The notes under the pieces are model-generated. The model was not told where the DNA came from. It worked only from the letters and a program-made list of their open reading frames with translations, and made no database searches. This document shows, piece by piece, positions 50,759-61,412 of a stretch of DNA of 64,000 bases. The position numbers and the translations under genes are program-made. The number at the start of each line of letters is the position of its first letter. Position 1 is the first letter of the stretch. Source of the DNA: an uncultured Dehalococcoidia bacterium (GTDB lineage Bacteria > Chloroflexota > Dehalococcoidia > Lucifugimonadales > UBA826); NCBI GenBank assembly GCA_964602845.1, contig CAZRSW010000010.1:1076-65075 (forward strand), in the 5' to 3' direction.

Positions 50759-51011
50759 CCAATCGCATCACAAAATAAATGTGATGAATACCCGAGGGCT
50801 TGTTGGAGAACAAATTGTGGGAAGGGAAACCATTTAGATAGCCCTCCAAGCAACGATTCGGAGGATTATTCGTTTCAGGTGAAATCAACCATGCTGCATC
50901 TAAAGCTTGTGCTAGTACACCCAAGACTAATCGTTCTAGCTCAGGTGAGGAACGAGTGGTGTAGGGTTTTGTTAGAATACTAGCCTATCTATAAGTTTTG
51001 AGGAGGTAAAA

Positions 51012-51380
51012 ATGGCAGGAATAAATAGCAACGACTTTTCGTCCCCTGACGAAGTGATGGCATTTGATAAGGCAGAGATGAAGGTGGCTAATCTGGCTAA
51101 TATCAAAGTTGCTCGTGGTGTAATACAGCCAGGATGGAGTTGGTCTAGTTGTATGAAACCTGTGGTTGGCACTGAAAGTTGTGCGACTAGACACGTTGGT
51201 GTTGTTTTTAGCGGCTGCATGGTTGCTACTCACGACGACGGTACAGAAATGAAGCTGTGTGAAGGGGACGCCTATGTAATAGAACCCGGGCATGATGCAC
51301 GAGTTGAAGGAGACGAGGCTGTAATTATCTACGAGTTTAATACTGGGGCGATCGAACACTTTGCTGAATACTCCGAATAA
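51012..51380 (+). CDS. cupin domain protein
   Basis: 122-aa ORF with a strong GAGGAGG RBS and a small beta-barrel-type sequence (GDAYVIEPGHDARVEGDEAVIIYEF). Confidence 0.65.
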   Translation: MAGINSNDFSSPDEVMAFDKAEMKVANLANIKVARGVIQPGWSWSSCMKPVVGTESCATRHVGVVFSGCMVATHDDGTEMKLCEGDAYVIEPGHDARVEGDEAVIIYEFNTGAIEHFAEYSE

Positions 51381-51459
51381 ATATATGAGATTGAAGTGCC
51401 TAAGATATAGGGAGCAAATTTGAAGGCTATTCCATTTTTATATTCCTTATCCAAAGGAG

Positions 51460-51613
51460 GTTCCTATGCGTGTACAGAATGACAAATATGCGACACTATG
51501 ATCACAGAGAAAGCGTTTGTGCGATGAATGAGGAGTTTTGTGTCCCCATATTTATCCTAGAGCAAGAGTATGAAAAAACAGTGGAGCCTATAACCATAAC
51601 TTTTCCATCCTAA
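51460..51613 (+). pseudogene. 3'-terminal remnant of an enolase-superfamily gene (paralogous to 48596..49939)
   Basis: VPMRVQNDKYATL matches FPVRVKDGNYVTP, and ...ITFPS* matches ...ITFLP* of the intact gene. The remnant is broken by stops and frameshifts. Confidence 0.65.
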
Positions 51614-51726
51614 TAGTAGATATAAATAGAAACATGTTTGGTCACCTCCGGATTAAAGGTGACGACAATTAATTGACGGGTTAACGGATGAAAGATATTG
51701 ATTTTGATCAGTGGATAGGAGCCTAT
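51460..51726 (+). repeat. copy B of the diverged duplication (enolase remnant, spacer, start of intact apt)
   Basis: See copy A at 49784-50052. Confidence 0.75.
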
Positions 51727-52209
51727 CCTGATTTTCCTAAACCAGGAATCTTATTTAGAGACATAAGCCCTTTGTTGGCAAGTCCAGTAGGTATGAAGCT
51801 GGCGAAAGAAAAATTATGTGAAGTAATTCTGTCATGGGACGTTGACTTGATAGCTGGAATAGATGCGAGAGGATTTTTGTTTTCCACTCTAATTGCGGAT
51901 CAACTTGGGCTTGGCTCTTTAATGATCAGAAAGCGAGGTAAGCTTCCGGGTGAATTAATTGACCAACACTATGAGCTCGAATATGGAAAAACCGAACTTG
52001 CGATGCAGAAAACCCAGGATCTAAGGGAGGGGCGCATCGTCATAGTTGATGATCTTCTGGCAACAGGAGGAACTATCAAGTGTGCTAAAGATTTAATAGA
52101 ATCGCAAGGGGCCCGAGTCGTCGGATGTGCCTTCATTGTCGAACTTCTTTCGTTGGATGGTAATAAACAAATTGATTGTCCTGTATTTAGTCTGAAAAAG
52201 TATGACTAG
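51688..52209 (+). CDS. apt: adenine phosphoribosyltransferase
   Basis: 173-aa ORF with FPKPGILFRDISPLL and the PRPP motif IVIVDDLLATGGT. Confidence 0.9.
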   Translation: MKDIDFDQWIGAYPDFPKPGILFRDISPLLASPVGMKLAKEKLCEVILSWDVDLIAGIDARGFLFSTLIADQLGLGSLMIRKRGKLPGELIDQHYELEYGKTELAMQKTQDLREGRIVIVDDLLATGGTIKCAKDLIESQGARVVGCAFIVELLSLDGNKQIDCPVFSLKKYD

Positions 52210-52756
52210 TTTTTCAAAAAACAATACTTTAGTAGTTGTTGCTCTCGAAGATGAGTTGCCAAGAAAATTGGTAAAAGATTGGAGAGTAATATACACGGGT
52301 ATAGGGAAAGTAAATGCGGTGATTGAAACTAGCATCGCTGTAGAAGTACAAAAGCCAGATTTCATTGTAAATTTTGGTACTGCTGGCTCTTCTAACGAAA
52401 ATATAACAGGACTGCATGAAGTAACTCTTTTTAAGCAAAGGGATATGGACCTTTCACCGCTGGGCTTTGATAAAGGCATAACTCCATTGGATGAAATAGC
52501 TGATATCAGCTTAGGAAGAGAAGGACTGAGTTGTGGTACGGGAGACAACTTTGTTGATGGAGATCAAGAGGTTGTAACTGACCTTTATGATATGGAGGCA
52601 TACGCCCTAGCAAAATTCTGTTTAAAAAAACATATTAATTTCTATTGTTTTAAATTTGTATCGGATCAAGCTAACGAAGACGCCCCCAAAGACTGGAAGG
52701 ACTCGGTTTCATCCGGGGCGGACGTTTTCATTGAATCTGTCCTTTTGAATGGTTGA
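52202..52756 (+). CDS. nucleoside phosphorylase family protein (MTA/SAH nucleosidase-like, short)
   Basis: 184-aa ORF overlapping apt by 8 nt. It has PNP_UDP_1-like motifs (GIGKVNA, NFGTAGS, DMEAYALA). Confidence 0.65.
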   Translation: MTSFSKNNTLVVVALEDELPRKLVKDWRVIYTGIGKVNAVIETSIAVEVQKPDFIVNFGTAGSSNENITGLHEVTLFKQRDMDLSPLGFDKGITPLDEIADISLGREGLSCGTGDNFVDGDQEVVTDLYDMEAYALAKFCLKKHINFYCFKFVSDQANEDAPKDWKDSVSSGADVFIESVLLNG

Positions 52757-52956
52757 TGAATCCGAATCAAAAGTATGAGAAGTTCACTATGAGCTATTTA
52801 ATCTAACGTGGCACAACGAAATATGACCACAGGTAGGTTTGGTGCAATTACCAGACCACGTGCCGAGGGTCGAGATATTTTAGCAGTACTAATTTCTTCT
52901 GATTAAAATATCAATGTGATATAAGTCCGGATGTTATGGGATCGTAAGCGACATAC

Positions 52957-53871
52957 TCAGTATTTGTCACTAATCCCAACCGGGTATGATTTCTCGTAGC
53001 AAAATTTAACCCATTGTTGATAAAAAGTGTGTCGATGCATTTTCCACACATTTAAAGGGTTTGTAAAATCAAAATTTTTAATTGGCGGTACATTTGGATC
53101 GGCAGAATCCCTTTTCGCCTCATATGCTAGTCGGCTTGAATTATATTCGGGATGTCCGAGATGAATTACTTGTTTATGGTCAGGGGTCTCATATATCGGA
53201 TACCCTACCTCTTCACTATAGGCTAGGGCTTTTAAGTCACCTCTAGATTCAGCTTTTTCTATATCTTCATTGTCCATACCAGCATTTCGGCTTTGCGGAC
53301 AAAAAAATCTATCATCGGTAGCACTCATTATTGGATGATTAGGGGCCTTATTTTCAAGCTGAAATACCCCAAACAATTTCTGTTCATATACTATTTTTTT
53401 TACTCCTAGCAAATATGCCATTGCCATACCCGCCCAACACAATCCTAGAGTGCTTGGTACGTTATCACGAGCATCATCCATGATACTTACGATTTCATTC
53501 CAATAAGTAATTTCTTCAAACTTAAGATGTTCTAAAGGTGTGCCAGTTATGATAAAACCATCTAAATTTCCTTGATCTTTAGCTTCTTTGTAAGTGACAT
53601 AAAATTTTTCCACGTATCCGTTGGGCCAAGTTTTGTAGGTGTGTGTTTTTAATTTGATCCAAATAGGCTCTATGACAAAGTTCGTAAATCCAAGCGAGTT
53701 TAATATATTTAGCTCATATTGATGCCCGATTGGCATAATGTTCAGTATCCCTATCCTTAGATGTCTAGATGCTGGCAAGTCATCTGTTTGGTCACTAGGA
53801 ATCCATTGGATGAGGTTGTTTTGCTGTATTTGTTGAATCGAGTGGTAATCAGAAGGAAGAATTAATGACAT
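52957..53871 (-). CDS. metA: homoserine O-acyltransferase (MetA family)
   Basis: LRIGILNIMP and LGLCWAGMA motifs. The start is placed at the ATG at 53871 (AAGGAG RBS). The ORF-track start at 53910 lies inside an intercistronic hairpin. Confidence 0.85.
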   Translation of the reverse strand: MSLILPSDYHSIQQIQQNNLIQWIPSDQTDDLPASRHLRIGILNIMPIGHQYELNILNSLGFTNFVIEPIWIKLKTHTYKTWPNGYVEKFYVTYKEAKDQGNLDGFIITGTPLEHLKFEEITYWNEIVSIMDDARDNVPSTLGLCWAGMAMAYLLGVKKIVYEQKLFGVFQLENKAPNHPIMSATDDRFFCPQSRNAGMDNEDIEKAESRGDLKALAYSEEVGYPIYETPDHKQVIHLGHPEYNSSRLAYEAKRDSADPNVPPIKNFDFTNPLNVWKMHRHTFYQQWVKFCYEKSYPVGISDKY

Positions 53872-53936
53872 CTTAACTCCTTGGTTACTCGCTGTTGTGA
53901 TGGGAAACAACCCATCACAACAGTTGGTTATGACAA

Positions 53937-55283
<1,347 letters not shown>

Positions 55284-55324
55284 CTAAATTTAAGATTGTC
55301 TTTTTGAATTAGTCTTCTTGTTGC

Positions 55325-55360
55325 AAAAAAAAGACCTCACTCCGGAGTGAGGTCTTTTTT
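55325..55360 (-). terminator. intrinsic terminator hairpin in the metY leader (symmetric, bidirectional in form)
   Basis: AAAAAAAAGACCTCACTCC/GGAGTGAGGTCTTTTTT is a perfect GC-rich palindromic stem with an A-tract and a T-tract. It lies 60-100 nt upstream of the metY ATG. Confidence 0.8.
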
Positions 55361-55850
55361 ATTTTGATTAAATAGATTGAGTTTTAGATAATCAGGTAAA
55401 TCAAACCTCGCTAATGTTATCGCTGTATCTACAACAACGCTCGATGGTGTTTGAAATCGATATTCTAAGTATATTTGTAGGCATGGATAAATTTAACAGT
55501 TTGAGAGTATGTTCAAAAAATTTGTTGTGAACACCGTAACATACATACTACGGTTTGTGAATTTTTATGAAAGTAATTGACTAATAATCGGTTTAAATCC
55601 TCTTAAGTGGGTCATTTCATACAGTCACAGATTCGTTTGTTTCCTGGGTTCATGCTATCTTCTGGATTCAGGTAACCATGAAATTGCAGAAGCATGTAGA
55701 AAGATGTGTCATAAGTACAGTCTAAGGTGTTGATTAAAAGGTTAATTGGAAAATATCAGGTTTACATCTTTAATCCCCGAAAGATAAGCTTTAATCTCAC
55801 CACTTTGCTCATGCTATCATCGCGGCCGAATTACTACCTTCAACAAGGAT

Positions 55851-57116
55851 GTGACTTTGAATTTATCAAGGATGCTGTCGAATAGAACACCGTTCTTTTA
55901 CGGGTGGGTGGTTTTGGGCACATCTGGTGCAACCCAAGTTGTTAGAAACGCTGCTGGTAGTCTAACTCTGGCGATCTTCATGTATCCAATGCACCAGGAC
56001 TTAGGATGGAACATAACATTGATTGCAGGGGCAGTCAGTGCAGGGGCGCTAGCTTCGATTGTCTTTTCTCCGATCACGGGATGGATGATCGATCGATATG
56101 GAGCTAGAGTTGTTCTAACCTCCAGTATCTTAGTCCTCGGTCTAACAACCTTCCTCACTGGCTGGGCTACTATACCAATCTTTTTTTATATTACTTATGG
56201 AATAGGTCGGGTTATATTCAGTAGTCCTGTTCAGATCGGATCCTCTGTAGTGGTGTCACGGTGGTTTATTCGCAGGAGAGGTAGAGCAAACGGTATGTTG
56301 TCATTTTGTCATTCAATTGGGATGACGGGATTCCCCCTGATGGCATCTATCTTGATCGCCATATACGGATGGCAGGTTACATGGCAAATTTTGGGAGTCG
56401 CTGTTTGGTTAATAGCGTTGCTCCCTGTCTACTTTTTTCTCGCTGAAACGCCCGAATCAGTTGGTGTTCTCCCTGATGGTGATGAGCTGTTAGCATCCAA
56501 ACTAGAAATGATTGAACCAGATTCAATGAATGATCCGATGTGGAATTTAAGTAGCGCAATTCGTACTCCAGCGCTATGGCAGTTAGCAGTTGGTGGAGGG
56601 CTTTTATATGTGATACATTCGGGCACTAATACGCACCTTGCCGCACATCTACAATCAATAGGCATGACTGGAACAATAGCTGCCTCAGCGGTTATCCTAA
56701 ATGCGGTTTTCACTGGAGTCGGCGGACTCTGCTGGGGGTGGCTCGCGGAGAAAATACAGATCCGTTTCTGTTACGCCTTAGTTGCCCTTGTAATGGCGGT
56801 GTCTGCAATGCTATTTGTGTTTGTCAGTTCAGCATTGGGCTCTCTACTTATCGCATCTTTATTCGGAATCTCATTGGGAGGAATGCTTGTTGTACCCTCC
56901 GTATCCTTCGCTGATTATTTTGGTAGGGAATCTCTAGGCTCGATTAGAGGTATATCGGAACCGTTCGTGGGATTGGGACAAGCAGTAGGTGCCTTGATGT
57001 CTGGGATTATTTATGATCTGACGGAGAGCTACCACGTGGCATTTTATACTATGGCTATCCTCGCAGTACTCACTATAGTGATGACTGTAACAGCTGAGAA
57101 ACCGAAAATACGATGA
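55851..57116 (+). CDS. MFS transporter (oxalate/formate antiporter-like)
   Basis: 421-aa ORF with a GTG start, an FFYGWVVLG N-terminus and 12 TM segments. Confidence 0.8.
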   Translation: MTLNLSRMLSNRTPFFYGWVVLGTSGATQVVRNAAGSLTLAIFMYPMHQDLGWNITLIAGAVSAGALASIVFSPITGWMIDRYGARVVLTSSILVLGLTTFLTGWATIPIFFYITYGIGRVIFSSPVQIGSSVVVSRWFIRRRGRANGMLSFCHSIGMTGFPLMASILIAIYGWQVTWQILGVAVWLIALLPVYFFLAETPESVGVLPDGDELLASKLEMIEPDSMNDPMWNLSSAIRTPALWQLAVGGGLLYVIHSGTNTHLAAHLQSIGMTGTIAASAVILNAVFTGVGGLCWGWLAEKIQIRFCYALVALVMAVSAMLFVFVSSALGSLLIASLFGISLGGMLVVPSVSFADYFGRESLGSIRGISEPFVGLGQAVGALMSGIIYDLTESYHVAFYTMAILAVLTIVMTVTAEKPKIR

Positions 57117-57367
57117 GAATCGATGCGATAGAACTATAGTGCGGGGTAGTAGCATTTCTGGCTGTTCATTTACGAATGGGATCCATGTTGTCAACTCAGA
57201 AGTACATCCTATTCTCGGATCTATCCCCACGGAATGAGATTGCCATCTTTTTGTGGGCGAAGTGGAGACTTTCCTATACAATACAGTCGACGGATCAAAG
57301 GATGTATTTTACGCCCTTTTCTACAAACGCATGGTATGAATGAGTGAAAGTATAAAGTGAAAAGATA

Positions 57368-58981
57368 ATGACAAGAATGACGGGAGCCCAAGCTCTTGTG
57401 AGGCAATTGCAATCTGAAGGGGTTGATACGATATTCGGACTGCCTGGAGTCCAGATTATGGCAGCTTTTGATGCTTTGCATGAGGTTCGAGATGGAATGA
57501 ACCTTGTCCATGTAAGACATGAGCAGGCCACTACGTATATGGCTGACGGTTACGCCAGAGCCACCGGGAAGGTTGGGGTTGGTATGGCTGTGCCTGGTCC
57601 AGGTGCTCTTAATGCGACTGCTGGACTTGGGACTGCATTTGCTTGTTCGTCTCCTGTGTTGCTAATTTCTGGGCAAATAGATAGTGGATCCTTGGGGAGA
57701 CGGCAAGGACAATTACATGAGGTAGATGAACAATTAGATGTATTCAAGCCCATTACGAAGTGGAATCATCGCGTCACGCGAGTCGAAGAGATTCCAGAGG
57801 TAGTCCATGAGGCTTTTCGCCAGATGCGAACAGGTAGGCCGCGTCCCGTGGAACTAGAGATTCCTCCAGACACTCTGGGGAAAAAGGGAACAGCGCACAT
57901 TATAGAGCCCGAAGAGTATCACCCTAAGGCTGCTAGTCCGGGAGATATTGCGGAAGCCGCTCAAATGTTGTTGGAAGCTCGGCGTCCGGCAATCATCGCC
58001 GGAGGTGGGTCTCTGATATCGGATGCTGGAGATGAACTTGCTCAAGTTGCCGAGATGATTCAGGCTCCCATCATGACCACTCAGGGCTCTAAAGGCGTTA
58101 TATCAGAGGTAAATCCTTTTCACACGGGAACAAACTATATTGAAGTGGGTCCGGCGTCTGAGATCATTCCAGATTGCGATGTGCTTTTGGCTGTGGGGAC
58201 TCGTCTGCTGCTGAAAGAACTAGAGCGAAAAACTCCTCGTATAATTCACGTGGATGTAGATCCAGGCGAAATAGGAAAGAACTTTTCCACGGAGGTAAGA
58301 GTTATTGCTGATGCTAAGGTTGCTATGGGACAATTAGCTAAGCAATTGAAAGTGATGAGATGTTCTAAGCCGTCAAGGTTAGAGGAAATTGCTCAATACA
58401 AACGCAGGACGGAAGCTTCAGTCTTAAAACTTGCCCCAAATCAAGTAGGAATTATTCAGTCGATGCGTGACCAATTGGATGATGATGCTGTTGTGGTTGC
58501 TGGTGTTACCAACATAGGATACTGGAGTAATGTGGCCTACGAAGTTCGCCAGCCTAGATCGTATGTTACGTCCGGTTATTTTGGCACTCTAGGGTATGCA
58601 TTTCCCACGGCCCTGGGAGTCAAAACTGCCGTTCCCGACAAGCAAGTTGTGGCATTGTGCGGAGACGGTGGATTCATGTACAGTCCGCAAGAACTTTCTA
58701 CTGCAGTGCAATATGGGATCAACATAGTAGCTGTTGTGTTCAATAACAATGCTTTCGGTGCGTCCCGCTGGGATCAGACTCATCGCTATGATGGGAGATT
58801 TATAGGCACAGGTTTGGCGAACCCGGACTTTATGAAACTGGCAGACTCATTCGGGGTTTTAGGAATCAGGACACACTCGGATGGATTTGGCGATGCTCTA
58901 GGGGAAGCTTTAAAAGCAGATGCTCCAGTGCTGTTGGAGGTTGATGTACCAGTAGAGATGCCTCCTTTCCAAATAATTTAA
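57368..58981 (+). CDS. thiamine-pyrophosphate-dependent enzyme (acetolactate synthase large-subunit-like)
   Basis: 537-aa ORF with GVDTIFGLPG, GPGALNA and the TPP motif GDGGFMYSPQEL...NN. Confidence 0.85.
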   Translation: MTRMTGAQALVRQLQSEGVDTIFGLPGVQIMAAFDALHEVRDGMNLVHVRHEQATTYMADGYARATGKVGVGMAVPGPGALNATAGLGTAFACSSPVLLISGQIDSGSLGRRQGQLHEVDEQLDVFKPITKWNHRVTRVEEIPEVVHEAFRQMRTGRPRPVELEIPPDTLGKKGTAHIIEPEEYHPKAASPGDIAEAAQMLLEARRPAIIAGGGSLISDAGDELAQVAEMIQAPIMTTQGSKGVISEVNPFHTGTNYIEVGPASEIIPDCDVLLAVGTRLLLKELERKTPRIIHVDVDPGEIGKNFSTEVRVIADAKVAMGQLAKQLKVMRCSKPSRLEEIAQYKRRTEASVLKLAPNQVGIIQSMRDQLDDDAVVVAGVTNIGYWSNVAYEVRQPRSYVTSGYFGTLGYAFPTALGVKTAVPDKQVVALCGDGGFMYSPQELSTAVQYGINIVAVVFNNNAFGASRWDQTHRYDGRFIGTGLANPDFMKLADSFGVLGIRTHSDGFGDALGEALKADAPVLLEVDVPVEMPPFQII

Positions 58982-59038
58982 TTTCTCATAGACTTTCGGT
59001 TTGATGGGTAACATTAAGTCAATTTGAACACTCAAAAA

Positions 59039-59929
59039 CTACTTCATTGTTCTCTTCGTGTATCTTCTGCCTATTTCTGCAGTTTCCCGACTTTGACCAG
59101 CTATAATTCTGGCACCGGAATCGATAACTTCGGTAATGTTTTGTGGGGTTCCTGTCTCCAAGAATTTGACCCCATTCGTGTCGCAAGCAGTTTTAACTCT
59201 TTGTGAAGCGTCTTTTAATCTTTGGTCAGGTGGTGCACCAGGGACCCTTAAAATTTTCATGGACATTGACATATCCCCGGGGCCCATTTCGGCAAATCCA
59301 ATACCTGGAACGCTTAGAATTTGCTCGCAGTTGTTTAATCCTTCTAGGGTTTCTATTTTTAGGCCGAGTAAAAGTTCACCGATTGGGTTTAGTGGCCATG
59401 GGTCAGCCTTCATTCTGTACTCGCTGTCTTCTTCAAGCCCCCATTTTTGCTTTGCTTTGAATTCTGAACCTACCCCCCTAGTGCCGTCCTTAAGACCATA
59501 ACCGACACCTAAATCGTTAAGCTTATATCTGCACGACTCAATGAAAGCAGCTACTGCCTCCGGCGATGTTGCTTCACATAATAGTATCCCGTGTACTCCT
59601 CTAGCTAAGATTTGTCTAATTTGCCAGGAGTTATATCTGATAATCTCTGCATTTTCACCCTGAACGGGAAGTTCCACTATTACGGATGGAGTGAGATGCC
59701 CTGAGAGTGTCGGGCCACCATCGACCAACCCATCCATATAGGCTTCTAATCCAGTCATGTCAAAAGAACCATGTTCCATACCTATATTTATATAATCGGC
59801 CCACGTCGAGGAATCTTTTATGCCCTGTTCGTAGGTTAGGAAATCTCTAGAAAAGGAATGTAATCCTGTATAGTAAACAGGTTGATCATTTTCTAATAAC
59901 TCAATAGCTTTGTTAATTCTTTCAGCCAA
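59039..59929 (-). CDS. HpcH/HpaI aldolase family protein
   Basis: 296-aa ORF with INIGMEHG (xDxEH-type) and GFAEMGPGD motifs. Confidence 0.7.
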   Translation of the reverse strand: MAERINKAIELLENDQPVYYTGLHSFSRDFLTYEQGIKDSSTWADYINIGMEHGSFDMTGLEAYMDGLVDGGPTLSGHLTPSVIVELPVQGENAEIIRYNSWQIRQILARGVHGILLCEATSPEAVAAFIESCRYKLNDLGVGYGLKDGTRGVGSEFKAKQKWGLEEDSEYRMKADPWPLNPIGELLLGLKIETLEGLNNCEQILSVPGIGFAEMGPGDMSMSMKILRVPGAPPDQRLKDASQRVKTACDTNGVKFLETGTPQNITEVIDSGARIIAGQSRETAEIGRRYTKRTMK

Positions 59930-60008
59930 GCGTAAACCTCCCGTAATGTGTTCCGTTGCATATTATTGTAATGGTACTAAATGGGTTCGGCACATGCCGG
60001 AGATGAGG

Positions 60009-61175
60009 TTACCAATTAGTGAATGCCCCGTCATTTCTTCTGAGCTGTGGTAGCCATCCTGTGGGGTCCACCATCCTATCTATGGCCAATGCCTCGTTGA
60101 AATCCACTCCCATCCCCGGTTCATCAGGACACCAAGCATAACCGTCTTTCCATTGAATTTGTTTTGGGAACAAATCGGTTGCGTAGGAGCCAGGCTTTCT
60201 GGGCATTTCTTGTACGCCCACGTTTGTTGTAGCCATACATAATGACACGCAAGCGGCTGCGCTTACAGGCCCTAGGGGGTTATGGGGCACAATGTCGATG
60301 TAATGTGTTTCCGCCCAGTGGGTTATCTTTAGGGCTTCAGTTATGCCGCCTACAATGCATAAATCTATTCGAGCATAATTTATCAATTCTTCTTCTATAA
60401 CCTCTCTAAATGGCCATTTGCTGGCCCATTGTTCCCCTGCTGCGATTGGCAATGACACATGTCTCGCCAGAGTTCGGTAGCTTGCGGGGTTTTCTGATCG
60501 CAAGGGGTCTTCTATGAAGAAGGGCCTATAGGGTTCCACGGTTTTGCAAAATGCTACGGCGTGAGCCGTATCCAATCGGGTGTGGATATCAAAACATATT
60601 TGTATGTCAGGCCCAACAGCTTCTCTAACGGCAGCGATTTGCTCTTCACCTATCCGCATTGATTCAACTGGCTCGAGGGTATTTAAATTATTAACATAGA
60701 GTGGTGATGGTCCGGTCTCTGGTTGGTGCCAGCGCACAAACTTCCAACCGTCGTCAACGTGATATTTGCAGTTATCCAGTAGCTCAATAAGTGTGTCTCC
60801 TTGGGTATGGGGGTAGCATACGACTTTGTCTCTTACGGGCCCTCCAAGGAGCTTGTATAGAGGCATTTCCAATGCCTTTGATTTGATATCCCATAATGCA
60901 ATATCTATTCCACTAATGGCGCACGAATAAACCTTATCGGCAGGAAAAAAACCGCCTCTAAACATTTGTTGCCACATTTTTTCAGTGCTAAATGGATCTT
61001 GACCTACAACAACTTGAGATAAATGTTCGATGGCTTTACCAATGGCCCCACCCCAATGTGGGATTCCAACTTCACCTAGACCGTACACTCCTGAATCCGT
61101 TTCAATTTTTACGATGTAGTACAACTTACCTTTTTCATCGGTAAATGGGAATTGTTTAATTTGTGTTACTTTCAT
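60009..61175 (-). CDS. enolase-superfamily sugar-acid dehydratase (mandelate racemase/muconate lactonizing family)
   Basis: 388-aa ORF with a GLGEVG capping domain and metal-ligand regions FDIH, IEDP and AGEQ. Confidence 0.85.
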   Translation of the reverse strand: MKVTQIKQFPFTDEKGKLYYIVKIETDSGVYGLGEVGIPHWGGAIGKAIEHLSQVVVGQDPFSTEKMWQQMFRGGFFPADKVYSCAISGIDIALWDIKSKALEMPLYKLLGGPVRDKVVCYPHTQGDTLIELLDNCKYHVDDGWKFVRWHQPETGPSPLYVNNLNTLEPVESMRIGEEQIAAVREAVGPDIQICFDIHTRLDTAHAVAFCKTVEPYRPFFIEDPLRSENPASYRTLARHVSLPIAAGEQWASKWPFREVIEEELINYARIDLCIVGGITEALKITHWAETHYIDIVPHNPLGPVSAAACVSLCMATTNVGVQEMPRKPGSYATDLFPKQIQWKDGYAWCPDEPGMGVDFNEALAIDRMVDPTGWLPQLRRNDGAFTNW

Positions 61176-61412
61176 TACATTACCTTTACAATCGTCAAGT
61201 TGTTTAAAGTTTTGGATGTTAAAGGAGCATTTTAAGGACGGTATAGCAGGATAAAATCTATGTCAATCAGCTGTTTTAAGAACGATGTTTGGTACTAATG
61301 CTATATAGTCAATGGTAATATTAGCCCTAGCCCTTATTCACTGGAGACGATAGCGATAAGATATGTATTAGTTCTAAATCCGCACAGCGGAAAAAAACAG
61401 AGCTCCAGGGTT

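Noticed and set aside
50972-51359. Two minus-strand ORFs (82 and 124 aa) opposite the cupin gene.
   Set aside because: The plus-strand cupin ORF has a strong GAGGAGG RBS and cupin-like sequence. The antisense ORFs have no features.
52845-52870. An 8-bp hairpin, GGTTTGGT-GCAATT-ACCAGACC, between the convergent nucleosidase and metA genes, considered as a possible bidirectional terminator.
   Set aside because: It has no flanking T- or A-tracts and a short stem with a G-U pair, so it is not convincing as an intrinsic terminator.
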